The notes beneath the pieces were generated by a model. It worked only from the letters and a program-made list of their open reading frames with translations. It ran no database searches and was not told the origin of the DNA. A DNA stretch of 64,000 nt from contig CAMPAR010000002.1 of NCBI GenBank assembly GCA_946632055.1, positions 10,131 to 74,130 of the forward strand, read 5' to 3'. Below are positions 9,233 through 18,847 of the stretch, piece by piece. The stretch comes from an uncultured Lachnospiraceae bacterium (GTDB lineage: Bacteria; Bacillota; Clostridia; Lachnospirales; Lachnospiraceae). Within the stretch, counting starts at the first letter, position 1. Every line of letters starts with the position of its first letter. A program made the translations under genes and the position numbers.

Positions 9233-10948
9233 ATGAAAAAAGTGTTAGCACTGGTCCTTGCCATCGTTATGGTGCTCGGACTCGCTGCCTGCCAGCAGCC
9301 CGCTACTCCGGACAGCAGCACAACCGCAGCAACCGAGAAGCCGACTGAGGCTACCGAAAAGGACACCGAAGCGGCGCCCGCGGAAGACACCACAGCAGCG
9401 CCTGCGGAAGACACCACGGCTGAGCCCGCTGACGAGTCCACTGATGAGCCTGCGGCAGAAAGCGCTTACGACACGAAGATCACGATTTCGATGGATGTTC
9501 TGGATGCTGAGAAGACCAACATCTCCGCAAAGGATGAGTTCTTCCGCAACAAGTTCAACATCGACTGGGATCTGTATCCGGTTACCTGGGGTGACTGGCT
9601 TGAGAAGATCCGTGCATGGGTCAACGCCGATGATATGCCTGATATCGTCTGGTGGGACATGAAGGCTTCCAATACCGCTGAATTCAAGCAGTGGGCAGCA
9701 GCCGGCGCATTCCGTGAGATCCCCGAAGATCTTTCGAAGTGGCCGAACCTGCAGAGACTTCGTGACGAGCTTGTTTCCGATGATGCGCTTCTTTCTGTAG
9801 ACGGCAAGCTGTACGGCTGGCCCTCCTCCAGACAGAATCCTCCGGAACTGAAGAACTGCTACTATCCGATGTTCGCTTATCGCCGTGACTGGGCGAAGGC
9901 AGTCGGCATGTACAAAGAAGGCGACGTCTATACCTGGGACGAAGTCAAGGCGATGATCGATGCTGTCAAGGAACAGGATCCGGGCGGAAACGGCGCCGGC
10001 AACACCATCGGTATCACGATGGAGACCTGGGCCTGGGAGCAGTACCAGCTGGTAACCATCAACTCTCCGAATCCGGATCGTCTCGGATATCACAAGAATG
10101 CTGATGGCGACTACTATCTGTATGAAATGACGGATGAATTCGCGGATGCAATCGAATTCGCACAGGGCCTGTACCAGGGCGGCTATGTCTGGAAAGACAC
10201 CATCTCCGACAAGAACGGCGACGGCTTCCAGAAGTTCCTTGCAGGACAGTCCTTCATGTTCCTCGGCAATGACAGCCCGGCCTGGTTCAACGGCGACGTT
10301 CTGAACAAGATGGTCCGCGGCGGCATCGTTGCTGATGATGAAGCAGTTGCTCCGATGATCGTTCTTTCTGCAACCGGCGATCACAACTTCTACCTGATCC
10401 AGTCTGAAGACTACTGGACCGTAGCTTCCATCTCTCATAACGTAGACGATGAGAAGTTCGAGCGTATCCTTGACATGTGGGATTGGCTTGCTTCTGAAGA
10501 AGGCCGTATCTTCCTCGTTGCCGGTGTTGAAGGCAAGGACTACGAAGTCAATGCAGACGGCACCTACAACATCCTCTGGGAGAAGGATGATACCGGCGCT
10601 TACATCAGCCCCTATCAGGATTATGCATTCAACATCTATACGCCTGCTACGCTGACGGCTTCTCCGAATGAGACCTCTGTCGAGTACGGCTACAAGCTCT
10701 TTGAGCCCATCTACGATTACATGGAGAATTCCGGCAACTTCGTTGCTCAGGAAATGCCGTGGGAGGTGATGGCCTGGAACGGACCGGAGTACAGTGAGTA
10801 CGGCTACTTCTACAGCGACATCAGCACCAAGATCTCCGAGATCCTGGCGAGCGATGTAGATGCGCATGAAGCATGGCACGCATTCATTGAGGAAAATTCC
10901 GACAAGCTTCAGGCAGTTCTTGACGAGCTGAACGCCAACCTGAAGTAA
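9233..10948 (+). CDS. extracellular solute-binding lipoprotein of the ABC sugar transporter (LplA-like)
   Basis: 571 aa. Lipoprotein signal MKKVLALVLAIVMVLGLAAC, T/E/A-rich linker, then a large SBP domain. Confidence 0.85.
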   Translation: MKKVLALVLAIVMVLGLAACQQPATPDSSTTAATEKPTEATEKDTEAAPAEDTTAAPAEDTTAEPADESTDEPAAESAYDTKITISMDVLDAEKTNISAKDEFFRNKFNIDWDLYPVTWGDWLEKIRAWVNADDMPDIVWWDMKASNTAEFKQWAAAGAFREIPEDLSKWPNLQRLRDELVSDDALLSVDGKLYGWPSSRQNPPELKNCYYPMFAYRRDWAKAVGMYKEGDVYTWDEVKAMIDAVKEQDPGGNGAGNTIGITMETWAWEQYQLVTINSPNPDRLGYHKNADGDYYLYEMTDEFADAIEFAQGLYQGGYVWKDTISDKNGDGFQKFLAGQSFMFLGNDSPAWFNGDVLNKMVRGGIVADDEAVAPMIVLSATGDHNFYLIQSEDYWTVASISHNVDDEKFERILDMWDWLASEEGRIFLVAGVEGKDYEVNADGTYNILWEKDDTGAYISPYQDYAFNIYTPATLTASPNETSVEYGYKLFEPIYDYMENSGNFVAQEMPWEVMAWNGPEYSEYGYFYSDISTKISEILASDVDAHEAWHAFIEENSDKLQAVLDELNANLK

Positions 10949-11003
10949 GACGGCTGAAAGAGATTTCTGATCTGTGTCAGAAGATCTCTTGACATAAAAA
11001 GTA

Positions 11004-11046
11004 CACCCGTGGTACGGTAAAAGCACCGCACCACGGGTGCTTTTCT
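11004..11046 (+). terminator. rho-independent terminator after the SBP gene
   Basis: CACCCGTGGT / ACCACGGGTG stem followed by CTTTTCTG. Confidence 0.6.
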
Positions 11047-11067
11047 GTAAAAGACAGGAGGCAGGAC

Positions 11068-12087
11068 ATGAAGAACAGATACGGATTCAACTTTCAGTGG
11101 ATGTATATTTATCATCCGGGCGAAAAACCACAGGAAGCCGATGTAAAAGCGCTGGATTTCATGGCGGAGGAGGGCTTCAATTTCATCCGGATTCCGGCCG
11201 ACTACCGCTTCTGGACGAAGGAAAAGAATGATCTTTCCATGGATGAAGAAACCATGGAAATCATCGACCGCTATATCGAAGAGGCGAATAAGCGCGATAT
11301 CCATGTGTCCTTCAATTTCCACCGCGGACCCGGCTACTGCATCAATTCCCCGGAAATCGAGAAGAAGAATCTGTGGAAGGAAGCGGAGGCGCTGCAGGGC
11401 TTTTCCGGCGCCTGGGCGAACTTTGCGAAGCGTTACAAAGGGATTTCTTCGGAAAAGCTGAGCTTTGACCTTCTGAATGAGCCCTGTTCGATTCCGCCGA
11501 CCCATCCCGGGACGCGGGAGGATCATGAGAAGGTGATGCGGACGACGATCGCGGCGATCCGTGCGGTCGACCCGGACCGGCAGATTGTCATCGACGGCTG
11601 GGACGGCGGCAGGACGGCCATGCCGGAATTCCTCGATCTGAAGGACGCGAATATTATCGAGAGCGGAAGAGGCTATGAACCGCACCGTGTCACGCACTGG
11701 CACGCGGGGTGGCTCCGCGGCGGCTCCGACTGGCCGATGACCGAGTATCCGGGCCATGAAATCCCCGGCGATCCGTCGACGCCGCTCCACAATATCGACA
11801 CCCTGCGCGAATACTACCGACCGTGGATCGAGCTGGAGAAGGCGGGAATGCCGGTTCATATCGGAGAATTCGGCGCCTATGACAAGCTGCCGAACGATAT
11901 CATCCTGCGATGGTACGAGGACCTGCTGACGCTGTACCGGGAGTATGGCTGGGGCTACGCGATGTGGAACTTTGAAGGACCCTTCGGAATTGTCAATACC
12001 GGGCGTCCGGGAACCCGCTATACGGATTACAAGGGCTACCGTATCGACAAGGATCTGTATGACCTGATCCGGATTCCGGTCCGGTAA
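11068..12087 (+). CDS. glycoside hydrolase family 5 enzyme (cytoplasmic; mannanase/glucanase-type)
   Basis: 339 aa. Acid/base motif LLNEP, nucleophile region HIGEFG. No signal peptide. Confidence 0.8.
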   Translation: MKNRYGFNFQWMYIYHPGEKPQEADVKALDFMAEEGFNFIRIPADYRFWTKEKNDLSMDEETMEIIDRYIEEANKRDIHVSFNFHRGPGYCINSPEIEKKNLWKEAEALQGFSGAWANFAKRYKGISSEKLSFDLLNEPCSIPPTHPGTREDHEKVMRTTIAAIRAVDPDRQIVIDGWDGGRTAMPEFLDLKDANIIESGRGYEPHRVTHWHAGWLRGGSDWPMTEYPGHEIPGDPSTPLHNIDTLREYYRPWIELEKAGMPVHIGEFGAYDKLPNDIILRWYEDLLTLYREYGWGYAMWNFEGPFGIVNTGRPGTRYTDYKGYRIDKDLYDLIRIPVR

Positions 12088-12115
12088 AAACATTCTGCCT
12101 TCGGGGGAGTTTAGT

Positions 12116-13114
12116 GTGTATCGAAGAAACCATGTGAGTTTAATCAAAAAAGCGGCGCGGCTGTTGATTCCGGCCCTGCTTCTCGCGGCGCTTCTTTCCT
12201 GTGCGGAAAAAAAGCCGGAGGAGACGGTGAAGGAAACGGTGAAGGAGACGCTCGTTACGGAAACCGCTGCGGCAAAGAGCAGCAGCCGGGAAACTGAAAC
12301 GACAGAAGCGGAACCGGAGACGACAGAGGAAGAAACCCTCCCGCAGTCGGAGGAGGAGCTTTCCGATGTGATGATCACTCTCGATCCGAACTGGGAATTT
12401 GCGTCCTGCTCCGTCATTCACTCCGGAGAAGCCAGACTGCAGCGCGCGAAGGAAAACCGGAAAAACATCATCATCGGCGTCAACGCCGGGCATGGCACGG
12501 AGGGCGGAGCCTCCGTCTATACCCAGTGCCACCCGGACGGCTCGCCGAAGGTGACCGGCGGGACGACGGCTGCCGGTGCGGTCACAGCGATGGCCGTATC
12601 GACCGGCATGACCTTTTACGACGGAACGCCGGAGCGGGATGTCACCCTCCGTGAAGCCCGGATCCTGCGGGACCTTCTCCTCGCGGCCGGCTACGATGTC
12701 CTGATGATCCGGGACAGCGAAGACGTGCAGCTCGATAATGTCGCACGCACCGTGATCTGCAGTAATATCGCGGACTGCCATATCGCCATTCACTGGAACG
12801 GAGACGGCTTAGACTATGACCCGGGCTGCTTCTGCTCGACGGTGCCGGAGAGCTTACGCGGCATGTATCCGGTCTCCGGAATCTGGCAGGAGGACGACCG
12901 CCTGAGCGGCGCGCTGATTGAGGGGCTTCGCTCTGTCGGAGCGCCGATCCTGGACAGCGGCTTGCGGTCGCTTGATCTCACGCAGACAAGCTACAGCACG
13001 ATTCCCTCGGTGGATGTGGAGCTCGGAAACGGCGCTTCCGACCACAGCGACGAAGCGCTCCGGCTCCGGGCGGAAGGGCTTCTAGCCGGAATCAACCTGT
13101 TTTTCGGACAGTAA
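12116..13114 (+). CDS. N-acetylmuramoyl-L-alanine amidase (Amidase_3, CwlD-like) lipoprotein
   Basis: GTG start with GGGGGAG upstream. Lipobox LLSC. Catalytic-domain strings IIIGVNAGHGTEGGAS and CHIAIHWNG resemble Amidase_3. Confidence 0.65.
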   Translation: MYRRNHVSLIKKAARLLIPALLLAALLSCAEKKPEETVKETVKETLVTETAAAKSSSRETETTEAEPETTEEETLPQSEEELSDVMITLDPNWEFASCSVIHSGEARLQRAKENRKNIIIGVNAGHGTEGGASVYTQCHPDGSPKVTGGTTAAGAVTAMAVSTGMTFYDGTPERDVTLREARILRDLLLAAGYDVLMIRDSEDVQLDNVARTVICSNIADCHIAIHWNGDGLDYDPGCFCSTVPESLRGMYPVSGIWQEDDRLSGALIEGLRSVGAPILDSGLRSLDLTQTSYSTIPSVDVELGNGASDHSDEALRLRAEGLLAGINLFFGQ

Positions 13115-13249
13115 GGCAGGAACCGTTTCGGTTTCCCCCTTCGACATGCGTATTCGCATACAGGAGCTGAACCGGTATAAAAACAGGTGGTATAAAATAA
13201 AGTTTTGTGATATAATACGGAACGAATACGGACCAAAGGGGAGTATGGT

Positions 13250-14458
13250 ATGGACAGAGAAGAGCGTGACCGTCAGGAGCAGGAAGAGCGCGCAAGAAGA
13301 AAAAAAGCGCTTCGAGAAGCACAGATGAAGAAGAAAAAGCAGGAAGAGCAGATGATGATCGGCGGGGGAATCATTCTCCTCGCGGTGCTGATTCTGGTCA
13401 TCGTGCTGGTTGCGCGCGGCTGCAGCAAGAGAAAAGAACCGGGTACGGAGACGGATCCGAAGACGAATACCGAAAGCACGGAAGCACAGGGCGATACAAA
13501 AGAAAGCGAGACGCCGGGCGAAAGCGCCGAGGGCAGTGAAAGCGCGGCTTCCGAAGGTGAAAGCGCCGCAGAGACGCAGGCTTCTGAAAACACTGATGCA
13601 ATGTCTTCAGAGGGACAGGGCGAAACGGCCTCCGAAGGCGGAGAAACGCAGGCTCCGGAAAGCGATTCCGCAGCACCTGAAACGCAGGCTTCGGAGAGCG
13701 CAGCATCGTCCGATACGCCGATGCCCGTCGGTTCCTGGGACCTTTCCACGCTGAACAACGATCCGGTATATTTCGGCTATGCCAAGGAAAACCAGGATCC
13801 CGAGACACACATTCCGACCGACTGGGCCTGGTATGAGACCCAGTGGGGTCAGTTCAATGTCGACTGGATTCAGGATACCTCGCAGAAGATCATCTATCTG
13901 ACGATGGACGAGGGCTTCCCGAATGAATATACGACGCAGATTCTGGATATTCTGGCGGAGAAGAACGTTAAGGCCTGCTTCTTCCTGACGAAGATGTTCC
14001 TTGACGGAGGAGAGCAGAGCAGCCAGCAGATCCAGCGGATGATCAACGAAGGTCATGTGCTCGGAAACCATACGGTCAGCCACCGAAGCATGCCGTCGCT
14101 TTCGATTGAAGAGCAGACCCAGGAAATCCAGACTGTGAACCAGATTGTCCGCGATCAGTTCGGATATGAGCTGAAGCTTTTCCGTTTTCCGGAAGGCGTC
14201 TACAGCCAGCAGTGTCTCGGCCTTGTCGATAATCTCGGCATGAAGACCTGCTTCTGGTCCTATGCCTATAATGATTATTCTGAGGAACAGCCGCCTGTGG
14301 AGGAATCCCTGCAGGCCGCAATAGAAGGACTCCATCCCGGCGCCATTTATCTCCTGCATGCGAATTCCTCGACGAATACCGCCTTCCTCGCCCGCTGGAT
14401 TGACGCGGCGCGTGCGGCCGGTTTTGAATTCGGCGTGTATCCGCAGACACCGAACTAA
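13250..14458 (+). CDS. polysaccharide deacetylase (CE4 / NodB homology, PdaA-like)
   Basis: 402 aa. N-terminal TM, acidic low-complexity linker, NodB motifs YLTMDEG and GNHTVSH. Confidence 0.8.
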   Translation: MDREERDRQEQEERARRKKALREAQMKKKKQEEQMMIGGGIILLAVLILVIVLVARGCSKRKEPGTETDPKTNTESTEAQGDTKESETPGESAEGSESAASEGESAAETQASENTDAMSSEGQGETASEGGETQAPESDSAAPETQASESAASSDTPMPVGSWDLSTLNNDPVYFGYAKENQDPETHIPTDWAWYETQWGQFNVDWIQDTSQKIIYLTMDEGFPNEYTTQILDILAEKNVKACFFLTKMFLDGGEQSSQQIQRMINEGHVLGNHTVSHRSMPSLSIEEQTQEIQTVNQIVRDQFGYELKLFRFPEGVYSQQCLGLVDNLGMKTCFWSYAYNDYSEEQPPVEESLQAAIEGLHPGAIYLLHANSSTNTAFLARWIDAARAAGFEFGVYPQTPN

Positions 14459-14490
14459 AAGAAAATGATCCATTCGATCATCAAAGAAAA

Positions 14491-14528
14491 GGAAGCAGCC
14501 ATCCCCGTACGGCTGCTCCCTTTTCTTG
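14491..14528. terminator. hairpin terminator between convergent genes
   Basis: GAAGCAGCC / GGCTGCTCC stem followed by CTTTTCTT. Confidence 0.5.
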
Positions 14529-14544
14529 CAGTTTAAATCTGTAT

Positions 14545-16002
14545 TTACTCCACCTTCGAAAGGTCGGTGTCCTTGGTTTCCTTCACCTTCAGCTTCAGGA
14601 AAATGATGCTGAAGAGGATGATCGGCGCGAAAAAGGCGAACTGGAAGACGCCGATATTCGCCGAGCCGATGCGGTTGTAGAAGATTCCGACGAGCATGCT
14701 GACGAGCATGTTCGAGAAGTACATATAGGAAATGACCGCCATGACGGTCGCGCGGATGCGGGTCGGAGCGGATTCGCCGGGAAGGACGAGGAACAGGAGG
14801 TCAGACAGCGACCACAGACCGCCGAACATGAATCCGTTTGCGAGCGCGAGCGGTACGGCGCCGATTCCCCAGCGGGATCCGAAGACGAAGAAGAACATGC
14901 CGACGATCGCAAAGATGCCGAAGAGAACGCCGGAGTTTTTCCTGCCGAGCGCATCGGTGAAGAATCCGCTGAAGAAGGCGAAGACCGCGTAGACGATCGG
15001 CTCCACGATGTAGAAGAGGTTCATATCGCTGTCGGACATGTGACCGCCGGCGAGCAGGATTTCCGTGGAATAGCCGGAAAGCGCGATGGCCATGGAGAAA
15101 ACGAAGAGGACGATCGCGACCATCCGAAGCTGTTTGGAGTGGATGATATAGCGGATGGCAGCGCCGATTCCACTGTCCTTTTTATCGGAAGAATCGTGCG
15201 TGTCCGTTTCCTGCGATTCCGCAGCAACGGGGATCGCTGCTGCAGGAGCCTGGCTGCCCTCATTCACCGACTGCTTCAGGGCATTGATCCGCCGCTCGAG
15301 GAAGACCGGCGTTTCCCGCGTGAACAGGAAGGCAATGAGCGCGATCGCCACGGTTACGATGACCGGAATCAGATAGACTATGCGCCAGGTGGTGACTTCA
15401 GCAGGATTGTAGAAAAGGCTGCGGAGCACGCCGATCAGCGATACGGACAGAAGGCCGATGCCCTTCGTGATGCTGCAGAGCTTCGCGCGATGCTCCTTCG
15501 GCGCGGTCTCCATCAGGTAGATGACCTGCATATCGTTCGGCGTGAAGAAGCCCGTGATGCAGGTACCGATGACGAAAATATAGGGATTCGGGGCGAGCAT
15601 GCAGATCAGCATCCCGAGCCCCATCGAAAGCGTATTGATGAACAGGAAGATCTTGCGTCCGAAACGGTCCGCGAGCGTCCGGTACAGGGGATTGATGGCG
15701 GTGAGAATATAGGTCGGAATCGTCGCGATCGCCATCACGCTGACCGCGTTCCCGTAGACGGAAGAAGTCGTGTCCGAATTCGGGACCTTGAACAGATCAA
15801 AGATCATATACGGCCGCATGACACCGTTCATGTTGGAGCTGATCTCGTCCGCAATATAGATGACGGTCAGAATTACAAGGAGGAACCAGAACCCGTGAAC
15901 CAGCGGCTTTTTCAGGTTCGCTTTCTCGAGACGGGCAAGTTCCTTTTTCTCTTTTTGGAGCCGCTTTTCTTTCTCTGCGGCAGTTTCACTTTTCATATAC
16001 AA
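14545..16002 (-). CDS. MFS transporter
   Basis: 485 aa, about 12 hydrophobic segments. MFS loop motif LADRFGRK. Confidence 0.85.
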   Translation of the reverse strand: MYMKSETAAEKEKRLQKEKKELARLEKANLKKPLVHGFWFLLVILTVIYIADEISSNMNGVMRPYMIFDLFKVPNSDTTSSVYGNAVSVMAIATIPTYILTAINPLYRTLADRFGRKIFLFINTLSMGLGMLICMLAPNPYIFVIGTCITGFFTPNDMQVIYLMETAPKEHRAKLCSITKGIGLLSVSLIGVLRSLFYNPAEVTTWRIVYLIPVIVTVAIALIAFLFTRETPVFLERRINALKQSVNEGSQAPAAAIPVAAESQETDTHDSSDKKDSGIGAAIRYIIHSKQLRMVAIVLFVFSMAIALSGYSTEILLAGGHMSDSDMNLFYIVEPIVYAVFAFFSGFFTDALGRKNSGVLFGIFAIVGMFFFVFGSRWGIGAVPLALANGFMFGGLWSLSDLLFLVLPGESAPTRIRATVMAVISYMYFSNMLVSMLVGIFYNRIGSANIGVFQFAFFAPIILFSIIFLKLKVKETKDTDLSKVE

Positions 16003-16228
16003 CCTCCCTGACGAGTGGATACGGGCCGGACCCTGCGAAGACAGGGATCCGGACCGCCGACAGTTCTATTATAGCGCCTTTTAAGAAAAAATAAAGGGAA
16101 AGTTCAGACTATGCCGCCCCGGAAAAAGAGGGCGCGCATAGAGCCCCTTGCGGATTGATTTTTGCGGGCGAAAGCGGTATAATGCGAGAGGCGCCGAAGA
16201 ATCAAGATCGGCAGTAAGAAGGAGAATT

Positions 16229-16885
16229 ATGAAAAACATCAGAAAACGGACAGTATGGATCATAATGACACTTGCACTTCTCGGCCTGCTTTCGGCCTGC
16301 GCGCCGAAGGAAAAGACCGCCCCGAAGCCGGAGGCCCGCGGCGCGGAAGGCTCGGAGGAACTCGCGGAGCGCTTTTCTCCGCTGATTGAGGAATTCGAGT
16401 GGGGAAGTTCGATGGCGGAATGCGGGGAGTCCTACGGATTTTCGGATTCTGAGCAGTTCCAGGCGGAGGGGTATCTGACGATTCCGCTGGCAATGACCGT
16501 AAAGATCTATGACCATGATATGACGGCCTGGCTGAAATTTGAGCAGGAAAACAATTTCGGCCTGTATGAGCTGACCCTGAAATTTGATCCGAAGGAGTAC
16601 ACGGCGGTCCGGGACTGCATGATCAGGGATTTCGGCGACTACCAGACAGAGGGCAATCCGGAGCAGGCGGTCTTTTTTGAATCGGGCAAGATCTCGGGCT
16701 ACTACACGGAGGAGGAGCTTCGCAGCCTCTACGGCAAGATGTACAGCGAAGAGGAGCTGACGGCGGAGCTTCTGAAGGAGCTTCTGGATTCCTCCGAAAT
16801 TTCGTTCGCGGTGCGTTCCAGCGGCCAGATCACCATGAGCGCCCGGAATTACATGACCATGAAGGTGTTAAGAGATAAAGAGTAA
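16229..16885 (+). CDS. hypothetical lipoprotein
   Basis: Start moved to MKNIRKRTVWIIMTLALLGLLSAC (lipobox). No recognisable domain. Confidence 0.6.
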   Translation: MKNIRKRTVWIIMTLALLGLLSACAPKEKTAPKPEARGAEGSEELAERFSPLIEEFEWGSSMAECGESYGFSDSEQFQAEGYLTIPLAMTVKIYDHDMTAWLKFEQENNFGLYELTLKFDPKEYTAVRDCMIRDFGDYQTEGNPEQAVFFESGKISGYYTEEELRSLYGKMYSEEELTAELLKELLDSSEISFAVRSSGQITMSARNYMTMKVLRDKE

Positions 16886-16903
16886 CAGAAAAGGAGTATG
16901 CTT

Positions 16904-18703
16904 ATGAAATACTACTGCAACCCCGTCAATGTGAATTACCGTTACCAGTTTATCACGCCGCGCATGCCGGAGGGAAAGCTTGAAATTAACCGCGAGGCGG
17001 CGGATCCTTCGATGATTATGTTCGAAGGCCGCTACTATGTCTTCGCCTCGATGACGCTTGGCGTGTGGGTGTCGGATGACCTCGTGAACTGGGAAAACCA
17101 CCGTCTGCCGGACGAGCTGCCGCTCTATGATTACGCGCCGGACGTGCGTGTGATGAACGGATATGTCTATCTGTGCGCCAGCAAGCGCGGCGGAATCTGC
17201 GACCGTTTCCGCACCAAAGACCCGGTGAACGGGCCTTATGAGAAAATTCCCGGAACCTTTGACTACTGGGACCCGAATCTCTTCATCGATGACGACGGCC
17301 GGGTCTATTTCTACTGGGGCTGCTCGAACGCGACGCCGATCTGGGGCGTGGAGCTCGATCCGGAGACGATGAATCCGAAGGGCGAGCGGGTCGTGCTGAT
17401 CGAAGGACATCCCTTCGAGAACGGCTATGAAAGGGTCGGCGAGGACAACAGCAAGCTTCCGAAGAGCGACGAGGAAGTGGACGCGCTTTTCCAGGGAATG
17501 CTGAAGGCGCGAGGCATGACGGAAGAGATGATTCCGGAAAATCTGCGGGCGTCGGCACGGGGCATGTTCTCCGACATGCCGTTTATCGAAGGCGCCTGGG
17601 TGGACAAGCACTGCGGGAAGTATTATCTGCAGTACGCCTGCCCCGGAACGCAGTACAATACCTACTCGGACGGCGTGTATGTCTCGGACAGCCCGCTCGG
17701 GCCCTACACGCTCGCGGCCAACAATCCCTTCTCCTACAAGCCGGGCGGATTCCTTCCCGGCGCCGGGCACGGCTCGACGATGCAGGACGATCAGGGCAAC
17801 TGGTGGCACATCGCCACAATGCGCATCAGCATGAATCACATGTTTGAGCGCCGCGTCGGACTTTGGCCCGCCGGTTTCGACGGAGACGGCGAGCTCTACT
17901 GCAATCAGCGCTACGGCGACTGGCCGATGAGCGTGAGCGGCCTCCGTCAGGACGCGTTCCGCGATCCGAAGTGGATGCTGCTGTCGTCCGGAAAAGCCGC
18001 CTCAGCGTCTTCCTTCACGGAGGGGCATGAGCCGGAGAAGGCGGCCGAGGAGAATGTACAGACCTGGTGGAGAGCCACGTCCGCGTCGCGTGACGAATGG
18101 CTGATGCTGGATCTTGGAAAAGTGTACGATGTGCATGCGGTGCAGGTGAATTTCGCGGATGACAAGATCGACATTCCGGTGCCGGGCGAGCTTGGAAACG
18201 GCCCGGAGGCGCGTTTTATCGACGGTTCCGAGATGAAGACGCAGTGGAAGCTGGAAGCTTCGGAAGACGGGGAAAACTGGACGCTCGTCTGCGACAAGTC
18301 CGCTGCGGATACCGACCTCTCGCATGACTTCCTGTACGACGAGGACGGATACCGGGCGCGCTACTTCCGCCTCAGCGATATGGCGGTTCCCTACGGGCAG
18401 AATCCCTGTGTTTCGGGACTCCGGGTCTTCGGTCTCGACAACGGGGAAGCGCCGGCCGTTCCGGAATTCTCGGCTGTTCGCACCGGTGATCTCGACATGG
18501 AGGTCACGATCGAGCCGCAGGAAAACACGGTCGGCTGGAATATCCTGTTCGGCAGCTCGGAAGAGAAGCTCTACCACAGCTACATGGTCTTCAAAGCCGG
18601 CACCCAGCACATCGGCGCTCTCGTCAAGGGGCGTGACTATGTGGTGAGAGTGGACGCTTTCAACGAGAGCGGCATCACTGAAGGCGTTGTGAAGAAGCTG
18701 TAA
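16904..18703 (+). CDS. glycoside hydrolase family 43 enzyme with C-terminal F5/8 type C (discoidin) domain
   Basis: N-terminal GH43 propeller strings (NPV..DPSMIMFEGRYYVFAS). C-terminal WWRA..DEWLMLDLG..VHAVQVNF is typical of discoidin/CBM32-like domains. Confidence 0.8.
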   Translation: MKYYCNPVNVNYRYQFITPRMPEGKLEINREAADPSMIMFEGRYYVFASMTLGVWVSDDLVNWENHRLPDELPLYDYAPDVRVMNGYVYLCASKRGGICDRFRTKDPVNGPYEKIPGTFDYWDPNLFIDDDGRVYFYWGCSNATPIWGVELDPETMNPKGERVVLIEGHPFENGYERVGEDNSKLPKSDEEVDALFQGMLKARGMTEEMIPENLRASARGMFSDMPFIEGAWVDKHCGKYYLQYACPGTQYNTYSDGVYVSDSPLGPYTLAANNPFSYKPGGFLPGAGHGSTMQDDQGNWWHIATMRISMNHMFERRVGLWPAGFDGDGELYCNQRYGDWPMSVSGLRQDAFRDPKWMLLSSGKAASASSFTEGHEPEKAAEENVQTWWRATSASRDEWLMLDLGKVYDVHAVQVNFADDKIDIPVPGELGNGPEARFIDGSEMKTQWKLEASEDGENWTLVCDKSAADTDLSHDFLYDEDGYRARYFRLSDMAVPYGQNPCVSGLRVFGLDNGEAPAVPEFSAVRTGDLDMEVTIEPQENTVGWNILFGSSEEKLYHSYMVFKAGTQHIGALVKGRDYVVRVDAFNESGITEGVVKKL

Positions 18704-18752
18704 GGAAGGCGTTGAGCCGGACGGATTTAGCGTTTTCTGCCCGGAAAGTACC

Positions 18753-18847
18753 CCGAGCCGAGGGTAATCAACCTTCCTCATGAGGCGTATACGAAGTCAC
18801 GCCGAAGAGGAAGGTTGATCACGCAGGCGAGTTTTGCAGTAAGAAAC
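18753..18847. repeat. family-B structured repeat, copy 1 (CCGAGCCG head, 13-bp stem, conserved 27-nt loop, one CAGGCGAG tail unit)
   Basis: Head 18753-18760. Stem ATCAACCTTCCTC (18767-18779) pairs with GAGGAAGGTTGAT (18807-18819). Tail ends 5 nt before the stop codon at 18848. Confidence 0.85.

Noticed and set aside
9340-9440. Short tandem DNA repeats inside coding regions (9340-9440, 12225-12260, 13440-13720, 37850-38260)
   Set aside because: They encode T/E/A/S/P-rich low-complexity linkers of secreted or anchored proteins. They are explained by the CDS features and are not independent elements.
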